Part shown: positions 40,901 to 52,900 of the stretch, piece after piece
Layout: every line of letters starts with the position of its first letter
Numbering within the stretch: the first letter of the stretch is position 1
Source of the DNA: Octopus bimaculoides
Taxonomy: Eukaryota
DNA: 62,020 nucleotides
NCBI RefSeq assembly: GCF_001194135.2
Contig: NC_068981.1
Span: 152,471,879 to 152,533,898 of the forward strand
Direction: 5' to 3'
Position numbers and translations under genes: made by a program
The notes under the pieces: model-generated
Databases searched by the model: none
What the model saw: only the letters and a program-made list of their open reading frames with translations
What the model was told of the DNA's origin: nothing

Positions 40901-43900
40901 TTATTAAAGAATATTAAGTTTTTTCAAAGTCAAAACTTTTAACTTTTTTGTTATAAGAGAAAGAAGTATATTGCTTAATTTCGAATGAGGTTTATTGCTT
41001 GCACCTGTTTTGTTTCAAATAAATAAAATTGACCATGGTGAGAATTGAATTTTTAAAATATTTCATCTGACTAAAATCATCATCATCATCATCATTATCA
41101 TCATCATCATCATCATCATCATCACCATTATCATTTAACATCCATATTCCAAGCTGGCATGGGTTAGACAGTTTGACAGGATCTGATGTGTCTGAGGACT
41201 TCATTGAATACCAATGTCTGCTTTGGCATGGTTTTTATGGCTGGATGCCCTACCTAACACCAACCACTTTTCAGCATGGACTGGGTGCTTCTTTTGTGCC
41301 ATCTGCACTAATGAGGTCACCATGCAGCTTGCAGGACTTTGAGCCCTAAGGGAGGTGGTAGGGTCAGCTTCATGCTATGAGAGAATGGGACAGAGTAGGT
41401 ACCTCAGAAGGATCTGCATTGATACTCACACCTACTGGGAGTAATGAGTGGGCAGAGAAAGAGAGAATGATCAGTAGGAGCTGCAAAACATAGATAATGG
41501 TGATAAGTTGACCAGGTGGTCCCACAGGGCTCAAGCTGAGTATATGTGTGTCAGTAGGTGGTTTGCAAGATTGTATGAGAAGGTGAATGAAGGGTGAGGA
41601 GGTAAACTGCCGAAATGAGTAGGGTTGAAGGGTAGATAAAACATGATTTGAGGTTCTCAAAAAGACTCTCTCTCCTCAGCAAACCGAGCTCTGGAAATGC
41701 TATACTTTAGGTTCTCCACCCATTACAGTGACTCCCCATCTAGGCAGTGCTATGCCTGCCTCTTCCCACCACCCCAACAACTATAATCTTTTTATTATTG
41801 CTGCTCATCTCCCCCAAACTCTTCTGCATCCCTCTATCTTCCTCACAGCCTAATAGTAACAAATACAATGTATTGATAATGTATAACATTCTCGTAAACA
41901 TTCTTAACTGTAGTGGAATCTTAAGTGAATTTTCTGCCTATTATTATGTAAATGGTTTATTTTTAACTGCACTCTTGTGCAGCTAAAGATCATTGTCTAC
42001 AACTGAAGCAAACCATATTCTAGCCTCAATTGAAACGTATTCATCCACTACTGTAACACACGTACAATCTTCAGTTTCTGTAGCCTCCCTGATTGTTGTC
42101 TGGTTCAATGCCAAGAGCATCTCTACTAACTCTTTAGAATTCTCTTATCGGTTCCTCCCTCACCAAGTTGGCTCTAGAAATGCCAATAATGTCGTTATGT
42201 TTGCTGCCTAATTTGCTTCAACACTGCATGCAAAATGTAAAAATGTTCTCTGAATTCCTCCTTCCAAATATTTCTTGTCTTATCTCACCTCCTTGCACAT
42301 ACAGCTACTGAGTGTGAAAATTTCTTTGGCTACCCTCATTAAAGGAGACCATCCAAATGATTTGGTAAAGATTTACAGTCTAACACACAACTACTACCCC
42401 ACCAATTTGCCTCATCCACTGTCGTCTCTTCTGTTGTTACATTAGTTCTTGCTCTTCTGACCTAGTAAGTTGTGTATCACCTCCATCAAATTTATACACT
42501 GAACTGTTCCCAAGATGGTGGAGCAAACAATATGTGGTTCACAACTTGTTAGAAGTTGCAACCAAATTGCCCTCAAATTACACACATTGTAGTCCCTAAT
42601 AAATGAGAAAACAGGTTGGTCAATTTTCTGGAATGCCTTTTTGCTAAAGAAATCAAAGCTAACATCAGTTTCATCAATTTTATCAGTCTGAGATTCTAAT
42701 TTATCATTCATTTGCAGTTACAAGGTTAGGTGAAATATTGAAGACAATAGAATATTTAATATTAATGTTTATAGACACCAACATGGCTATGTGGTTAAGA
42801 AATTTGCTTTGAACCATGTAATTGTAGGTAGGGTTCAACTCCATGAACAATGTCAGTTAATGTTCTATACTATAGTTGTGGATAAAATTTGGAAATTAAA
42901 GACACCTATTGTGTGTGTGTGCATGTAACATGCTTTTCTTGCACTATTTTTTTTCTTCTCTCCAGACCTTTCCTCTTTCTCGAAGAGCCATTCTCAGAAT
43001 GTTACACACCCCTTCTTTTTTCCATCTTAAATTGAGAGTCAACCTAATACATTGACTATGTACGTCATATTGGCTTTTGTTGTTCTGCTTTCATTTTTAT
43101 TTTCGATTTGCCTCTGTGTGTGTGTGCGAGTGAGTTTATATTCCCTTCATCTTTACTTGTGTTTACTGACTGTAGACAATGAACAGCCTCTCTAGGCAGT
43201 GTCGTTTGCTTGCAATCAACTACAAAAGTACATTCAGGCTTCTTTGTGTCATGATTCATTGTACTGTCATTGCAGACTGATTCAAACACTACCATTTGTT
43301 TCCAATTCATTGCATAACTATATCCAGGTTGTTCATTGTTTGATGATTAGCTTCAATGAATTCCTTCTGACCCATTGCAAGCATGGAAAATTGGATGTTA
43401 AAAACAATGATGATGATACTATTAGCATGATTTAGTGAATACTGTTTATTATCTCATTGCTGTAAATTATTCTGACATTGTGTTATTCTAGGCTAGAATA
43501 ATCTTCGAGAAAGCTATCAAAGTACCATTCAAACACGTTGTAGATATTGCCTCAGTTTGGTGTGAATGGGCTGAAATGGAAATTCGTAACGAGTGAGTAA
43601 ATCTTGTTTAAATTACCTCCATCTTATTATCATCATCATAATTCACATGATCACTATTTTTTAATATTGTCTTCTATTTCATTTCTAGAAATTATGACAA
43701 TACTCTAAAATTAATGCAAAGAGTAACTACACCACCTTCACGGAAAATTTCTTATCATGATGAGGTAAGTAAACAGCATTGGTTATTGAATTTGTTAAAG
43801 ATGGCTTGAGAACATCACACTCAAAGAAACTACATTTGAAACTACTGAAAAAGAAATCTTTCTTTCAAATGAGATTCTAGCAGACTTCATGAAACTAAAT

Positions 43901-46900
43901 CACTAATTCTCTACAAGCCTGTAAGGGATCCTACTTTTGGTCATTTATCTTACTAGAAATATCAGTCTTACCTCCATCAGACCACAACTAAATATCTGTA
44001 AAAAAAAAGGATATATTGGATAATGTGGTCTGAAAAGAAAGACATGTTTCCCATTAGATGGACTGTCTTTGATCATTGGCCAGCATGTTTCGGGTTGACA
44101 TGGACAAGCTACAACTTCTTTGTGGTTACAGAACTTGCTAGGAATAGCAGCTAAATATCCCACATGTCACACCCTGTTGTCTAAAACTAAAGAGAGAATA
44201 CACTAGATAAAATACTATTGCTTTAAGGAAAAAAACAATGGTCATGGTTGAAATGTCTTTCTTTATAGGTCAGAGCTGACCTGCATCAAAGCAACAGCAA
44301 TAAAAAAGTAACTTGATTTTAGCACAGAAATATGCATTGTGTAATTAATATTATTATGAACATACTTGAGAAAAGAGATGTAGATAGTATTGAGTAATTA
44401 ATGAAACTATGTACATTCTATAATAAATATTGCTTTATAAATGAGGTGCAAGGTTAAGAAGCTTGCTTCCCAACCATGTGGTTTGGGGTTCAGTCCCACT
44501 ACATTAACCCTAAGCCAACCAAAACCTTGTGAGTGAATATGGTAGATAGAAGCTGAAAGAAGCCTATTGTGTAAATATATTTATATATAAGCATTTCTAA
44601 TATTTGTTTGTTATGTGCATAAATGGAAGGAAATGGTTGTTAAAAAGTACCATTATTTTAAGAAATATCCAAATGGTAAGTTGACTTAGAGCATTTATTA
44701 CTTATTGTTAAATTTTTAATTTCTAATGTTATTCATACCTATTTTATAGACTGAAACAGTCCAAGATCGTGTACACAAATCGCTAAAAGTGTGGTCATTT
44801 TATGCAGATTTGGAAGAGTCATTTGGTACATTTAAGGTATGTTAATATTAATTATTACTTCTCTTTAGAAGTTGGCAAGCTGACAGAATCATTAGCATGT
44901 TAGGCCAAATGCTTTGCAGCAATCCCTCCAGCTTAAAATTCAAAACTCAAATTCCACTGAGGTCATCTTTGCCATTCATCCTTTCAGGGTTGGCTTTGTG
45001 CCAAAATTTGAAACCATTCTTACTTCTTTTTAAGATGATGGATTGGTAGAATCCTTAGACATCACACTAAATGCCTCGTGATATTTCTTCCTACTCTTTC
45101 CATTCAGAGTTCAGATCCTACAGAGGTCAACTTTGCCTTTCAGGGAAGTATCAGTCAAGTACTTGGGTTTATTTAATTGAATAACCTCCTTCCCTTTAAA
45201 AGATTTCAGGCCTTGTGCCTATGTTAGAAACAATTATTATTTAAGGCGGCGAGCTGGCAGAAACGTTAGCACGCTGGGCGAAATGCTTTGCGGTATTTCA
45301 TCTGCCACTACGTTCTGAGTTCAAATTCCGCTGAGGTCGACTTCGCCTTTCATCCTTTCGGGATCGATTAAATAAGTACCAGTTACACACTGGGGTCGAT
45401 ATAATCGACTTAATCTGTTTGTCCCCTCTGTTTGTAGCCCCTTGTGGGCAGTAAAGAAATAAGAAACAATTATTATTTCTCAGTTTTCAAATTTTTTGTG
45501 TCATTGTGGCTCTGAAAACTTATGTAACTGACTATTTTCATTTTTCATTATTTGTTCTCTTCTCCATTTCATTCCTCTTCTACATTAGCTATCATCTAGA
45601 ATCTGCCTTGTAATTGAACTTCTGAGAATTTCCAAATGATTTTGATAGCTCATTTAATATGGAATCATTTGTTTGGTAATTGCTTGTACCAAGGATAAAA
45701 TTCTCTACTCTCACAAAACTCAAGATTAATATAGTTTAATTCATTCTCCTGCCTTTTTGAAAATATTTTATAACAATTTATTGCATTTAAAATCAATAGT
45801 ATACATACTTTTTAATATACTACATAAACCTCACTCATATTTTATAAGGTGTCCTGAAAAGTTCCTGGCTTTGAGGGTATCTTGAAAAGCCTGGTTGGCA
45901 ACTCACCTTTTAGGTTCTTTACAGGGCTTTGAAAAACTGAAGGACTGCTGCAATAAGTGTGAATCTGAGAGGGGAATATGTTGAATAAAATCATGATTAA
46001 CTGGTCCTCCTGTATTTTCTTTTACCCAAAGCCAGGAACTTTTCAGCATTCCCTCGTTTGCAACTCTAAATACGAATCTTGTGTCAAATGTCATTTTCAT
46101 TTGTTTTCTTTTTAATGTAATATTTCAGAGTTGCAAAGCTGTTTATGACAGGATTATTGATTTAAGAATTGCTACACCACAGATTATCATCAATTATGGC
46201 ATGTTTCTTGAAGAGAACAACTACTATGAAGAAGCATTTAAAGTAATTTTTTTTTCATGTTTTAATTCCTGTTATTGACTGGCTAATTATACATGCACAC
46301 TAAGGCAATGTCTTTTTTCAAGTCAAGTAAGATCAAAGTACCAGAAGGTGAATTTTATGGTATAATGACAAAAACATCATAATCATTTCTTTCTTTGACA
46401 CAAAAAACTCCCCCACCGATGACAATATATTTGACAACACTTTTACTACGGGCATGCATATATTGTTCAAGTAATATGACGTACTGTTATGCATTGTTAA
46501 TGTAATAAGTGCAGCCTAATTCAACAGCAGTTTTCAAAGATCCTTGTTGGTTAAAACAAATCACAGATTCAATTTTTCAGAAGACCTGCAATCTTATTCC
46601 TCCATTATTTTTACTGCATGTTCAGCACAGTATTGAAAGACCAGCCAGTTTAAAAAGCAGTTCTTTTCTGAGTTCAGCATGAATATTGTGATGTTAAGGC
46701 TTATTTAATTGAGTTAAATGTTGATTGTTATCGCTTTTACTTTCAGGCTTACGAGAAGGGAATTGCATTGTTTAAATGGCCTAACGTTTATGATATATGG
46801 AATACATACTTAACAAAGTTTATTGAAAGATATGTAAGTAGAATTCATTCATTTGATGTATAAATTCTATTTGGATATGAAAAATATATTCAGACTTAAA

Positions 46901-49900
46901 CAGTTTTCTTTTGATGTATTTTTGATTGCTTGAGAAATAATTAGCAAAGCAAACCCTTAGAGAATAGGCGATGATAGATGTGACTTTTGTGTGGAGAATT
47001 GTCAAGATAATTCATATAGTATTTTGTATGGTTCACATAACATGTTGCTGTTCTACTTTTTAACAAAATAACTCATATTTTCCTTATTGTGTTAGCAAAG
47101 CATAATGTGAAAATTTGAATCCAGATAATATCCCATATTGTGTGTGTGTGTGTATGTAATGGATTTTTGTTTTTCACTATCAATTTTCAATGTAAAGTAA
47201 AAAAGTGATGGTCCAGAGCTTGTTCAAATTATAACTGTTTGCTAGAATAATTTATGCACCACAGATGCTGATTCCAACCATAGCAAAACATCACCAGCTT
47301 GAATGAACTTCCCAAATTTAAAACCGTTAAATATCATGATATTATTTTTAGATTAAAATGTATATTGTTACATTGTTTTTCTACAGGGTGGTAAAAAACT
47401 TGAGCGGGCTCGTGATCTTTTTGAGCAATGTCTAGAAGGATGCCCACCTAAATATGCTAAAGGTAAGCTTTTGCCATTGTACTTTATAGTAAAAAAATTT
47501 TAATCTCCAGCTATCTTATCTTGTTTGCTTCAAGTATGTCTTAAATAGAATAACAAAGGTTTCACAAGTATTCATGGATTATTTTATTCAATATACAAGA
47601 TTTAATATGAAACTGTTTTGCTATTACATAGTATTGAACCTTGGGAGGGGCATTGTGCCAGTAATAATAAACATACACACTGGTTCAGTTCTTTATTGTT
47701 AGTTAATGGGTTAGTTACTCTGCAAACAAATATATTGATCAGCCGTCTTTTACTAGTTTTTCAAACTCATATGTTAAACACTTTGGTCAAACAGGTTTAT
47801 CATTCAGATGTTCAGTATTGTTGTTCGTGTTGTCATTTCTTTTTTCGTCAAATAATTACTTCATCGCATTGTTGTAATCTCTTCAGTGACACATCTCTCT
47901 ACTTCCATTTCTTCTGAATCTATGTTCCAGCATTGAGATTTGTCCAAGATCTGTCTGAGATGAGTATATGTGTGTGTTTATACATAAGTGTGTGCATCTG
48001 TATGTGTATGTGTGTGTGTTTTTTTGTTTGTTTGTTTTTAGATACTGACTATGTCATTTTTCATATACATAAGATAGCGGTTTTGAATTTCTCTTTTATC
48101 TTCTTCACAAATGCACATGTTCATCCATATAACATTTCTCTCAAAGACATTTAAACTTTGTCTTCTTTGATGATAAATGTTGCAAACGAATCTTGCAAAC
48201 CAAATACAAATACGAACTATTACATGGTAGTTATAATAGTTGTCATAATAAATGATATAAAACTAAAAAATTTTATCTCCTTATGCAGTTAAATGGTTTT
48301 ACATTATTAAATTGCTGCAATTCTTTTTAGGAAACATAAATTGACAGTCCATTTATTACATTATTAAACCGTTTTGGCTTCTGTAGTTTTGTATCATACT
48401 CTAATTTTTTTTTTTTTTTTTTTGCAAATATAATAGACGTGTGCAAAACAGTGCTGCAAAACAGCGCCCAGTACACTTTGTAAAGTGGTTGGTGTTAGGA
48501 AAGGCATCCAACTGTAGAAACCATGTCAAAACAGACATAGAGCTTGAACAGCCCTTAGTTAGTCAGCTCCTGTTAAATTGTCCAACCTGTGCCAGCATAG
48601 AAAATGAACATTAAATGATGATGATCATCATCATCATCAATGACTGAATTCAAGGTTTTGAATAACTAACCATATTATGAAACTTTCAATTCTTACAGCT
48701 ATCATATTGTGATATAACACTGCTCACTCTAGTTTTCCCTGCCTGTGAAAAGTAGATTCCACACAGTGTAGTGATTAACTGCTGAGACCCTCTTCAGTCA
48801 CGACTGACCATGAGATTGCACCTAGAAAGTTACCCTCCCAGGCACAAGTCCGGGCAAGGTCGTTTATGGAAGACCAGGAGTCGCCCATGCATACCAGCGT
48901 CCCCTTTCCACGCCACCAGTGTTATCCAAGGGAAAGGCAAAGGCCGATGCAGCTTAGCACCTCTGGCGTCGCAACTCATTTCTACAGTTGAGTGAACTGG
49001 AGCAACATGAAATAAAGTATCTTGCTCAAGAACACAACACGCAGCCCAATCCGGGATTTGAACTCACAACCTCACGATCATAAGCTCGACGCTCTAACCA
49101 CTGAGCCATGCGCCTTCACAGTGGTTAACTAGGGAAGATATTAAGCTATAAAAATAATTGTTCTCATGAAAACAACACTTCACTAAGTAAAATTAAGCTA
49201 AAGTCATTCTTTCATTAGAAAGTTTATTGTTATGATTCAAATCTTTTGAAATTAAACACACTGCACTGTAAATTAAATATATATATTCTCTACTTTCTCA
49301 GAAATATTTTGTTGACACGTTCTATTAGAAATAATTGTCTACTTTCTCAAAAGTATTTTGTTGGCACATTCTACTNNNNNNNNNNNNNNNNNNNNNNNNN
49401 NNNNNNNNNNNNTTTTTTTTTTTTTTGTGTGTAATGATAGATTATAATGAAACTATTTGTGTTATACTTCAGAGATAAAGTCATTTCTACAATCTCAGTT
49501 ATTATTTTAAAACATTTTATTTTTTGTTCCCAGCTATTTATTTGCTCTACTCTAAATTAGAAGAAGAACATGGCCTTGCTCGCCATGCAATGAAGGTGTA
49601 TGACAGAGCAATTGAAGGTGTACTTGAAGAAGAAAAACATGAGGTTTGAAATTTTTTAACTTACCAAAATTACATAATTTTCCCTTCTGATAATTATTGA
49701 TTTTTTAAAATGAATAATTCCAACTTTAACTAGTGATCTAACAATTACAAACAAACTTGACTTAACAAGAACTTGATTAATTTTTGTCATGTTTCTCTCA
49801 AAATTTTAAAAGATATATATATATTATCTTACTCCATATTATGTTTGCACAGATGTTCAACATTTACCTCAAGAAAGCAGCTGAAATTTATGGTGTGACT

Positions 49901-52900
49901 CACACTCGAAGTATCTATGAGAAAGCTATTGAAATATTAGCTGATAATCAATCTCGGTATGCCTTATTTTTTCATAGATTAAACTATTGATTTAAATTCC
50001 TCTGTGCACTATTTTCCCAATTGTTTCTTCTAAAATAATGCTTCCTAGGGAAGCATTATACTGTTCTGTCTTCATTGCATTTCCTTTTCACTTTTTTTAC
50101 CCGTGTACATTACCTGGGAAGCTAGTGTTGTGCATCATCACGTAGTTACGTGTTCAAATTTTACTTCATCTATTGAAGCAAACCTCTAGGCAAGATAACA
50201 TTGCTGTCCTTTCTTCTGTTTATTTTACTGTGAAAAATAAATATCTGTTTCATGGTTGAACGGTTAGTAACTGAAAAATTATTCACATGTGTAAAATAAA
50301 AAGTATCTTCTCTTTTCCTTTTTCTCTTTTTTAAGAATGATCTTACTGATATCTAAAACATTGAACCATATGGCTGCTATTTTCTATTTTTTATCACATA
50401 TCTTTTTCAATTTTTCATCAGAGAAATGTGTCTAAGATTTGCTGACTTAGAGCGAAAACTTGGGGAAATAGATCGTGCCCGAGCTATATATGGTCACTGT
50501 TCTCAAATGTGTGATCCTAGAGTAAGTATTTGAAACAGTTTTAATTTACTTTTATTTTGCATTTTATACTATTTGCGGCAGTTCTCTTCTGAGATTCAAT
50601 AATAAATATGAAATAAGAAATTTTAAGAGGTAGTCGATAGCTTCCGCTATCTGGGCGACCAAGTTAGTAGTGGGGGTGGGTGCGCTGAAAGTGTAGCTGC
50701 TAGAATAAGAATAGCCTGGGCAAAGTTTAGAGAGCTCTTACCCCTGCTGGCGACAAAGGGACTCTCACTCAGAGTAAAAGGCAGACTGTATGACGCATGC
50801 GTACGAACAACCATGCTACATGGCAGTGAAACATGGGCTGTAACTGCTGAGGACATACGTAANNNNNNNNNNNNNNNNNCACATCCCCGTGATTACGCGT
50901 CACGATGCTTTGACCGATTAAGCTAAACTACCCACTACAAATTCCTCTGCAAATTTAAGATATATAAATCTCGCTTTATGAGACGCTTTCATATGTTAAA
51001 TTCAAATTACGACAAACGTAAATAAATGAACGAAGTTTGCTTTTAGAAGCGTTGAGATGTCTTAGAAAGTTAAAGAAGTGATTTTAAATTCTCAATCGCA
51101 GAATAATGCTAATAATATAGCCTGAACAGGATAAACTACTCCTATTTTGCAGAGAAAAGTGTAGGTGGCTAGTTATTTTAGTTATGTTTAAATATATTTA
51201 ATTTTTGTGCATGAGAGACTGGAAAAGAGAGACATTTGCTCAAAAGAAGTATGATGAAGCAGCTGTCTTATGAGTTCTCTTCATGAGAGTCTAAAATCAA
51301 ATATATTAAAATCAGAAAAATAATCTATTAACCTACTCTTTCAGCTTTTTATTAAATTTTATAAAAAAAAAATTTCATCTTGGAATTGTGCAGTTGATAG
51401 TTTTTGCTCAAAACCCTTCTTAAGATCTTATTATTATTTGTTATTAAGGCTACAAGCTGGCAGAATCATTAGCATTTTGTCCATCTTTGTGTTTTGAGTT
51501 CAAATGTCACCAAGCTTGACTTTGCCTTTGATCCTTTCAGAGACAATAAAATAAGCCCCACTTGAGCACTGAGATTGATGTAATTAACTAATTACCTTCC
51601 TCAAAAATTTCAGGTCTTCTACCTATAACAGAAAGGATCATCACAATCCAAATATTTCCAATTTCCTAATCCAAAAACACAGTTTGCAGAAAAAAGTTTT
51701 TACACAAGTCATGAGAATGCTTGTGTTGTAATTCTCATCTCACAGATAAAATGAATCAAAATCAAAACATATAGAAAGTTGCTTCAAACTCATCAGTCTT
51801 TTCTAGACCAAGATAGACATCAGAATGGCAATGATGGTGTTTTACATGATTAAACCTGAAAGTTTTGGAGTACTTTTAATGCAACATATATTTTCACGAA
51901 AAATTAATTTTGGTATCTTAACTAAATATATGAATAAAGATGTATAATCACAGTTAATTTTTATTCTATTAAACAGATTACGCCAGACTTCTGGAAAACC
52001 TGGAAAGAGTTTGAGATTAAGCATGGCAATGAAGACACTGTACGTGAAATGTTACGAATCAAGAGAAGTGTACAAGCAACTTATAACACACAGGTAGGTC
52101 AAATTGAAGATTTTATTTCACACTTGATTTCATTTTTTTTATTGTTGTTCAATTTTCTGTAAACCCTTTTTTTTCTTTTCTTTTTCATTATATTTCATTT
52201 TAATTTGTCTCGTTTTCTTAGCATCAGCTTTTGTTAAGTTTGAAATACTAAAAGAATTCTTTAAAGCTTTGTGGCATCTGAAAACCTGTAATGATTTCTT
52301 CATGAATCTTTTGAAAAGCCTAATGATTTTTAAAGAAAATTTAGAACTATGGTATTTACTTATCTCACAATAAATTAATACAGTTTAGCAAATCCATACG
52401 ATCCAAATATCCAAATATTAACACCAGATTTTATTTTTACCTAGTCACTCCCACTTATGGCCAGCACATTATTAATTAATAAAATTAATTTCTAAAATCT
52501 AAATAACTGATAAATAAACAATAGGCTGTAAATTGGTGGTTTAAATGCTGGCATAAATAAAAGAGTTAGAAAACTTGAGTAGTTGTTTATTTCTGATGTT
52601 TTTGTATTTCACAGCCAGAGTAAATATGTTTATGAAACATATGGATTTGACTCCATATATTTATTCATAGCCTTTGCTATACTAATATGCACAGTTATTA
52701 ATCCCTGACTGGTCACCTTGTTCTATTATATGAATGAAGTTGTAATAGGCTACTTTCTTTCAGCTGTTTTAAAGAGACATTTGAGTCTTAAAAAAGATGC
52801 TAGTTGATTCAGTCCTTAGTCCAAGCTGCTTGATGCACTGTTGTTTATCTATAAGGCTTCATTTCATAGCAAGACTNNNNNNNNNNNNNNNNNNNNNNNN

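Noticed and set aside
48990-49117. tRNA gene (also at 635-706 and the family A heads)
   Set aside because: A and B boxes are present but there is no complete cloverleaf, and each continues into a SINE body.
50035-50059. Perfect 11-bp hairpin ATAATGCTTCC-TAG-GGAAGCATTAT in intron 18
   Set aside because: Real but short and AT-rich, with no family or functional context.
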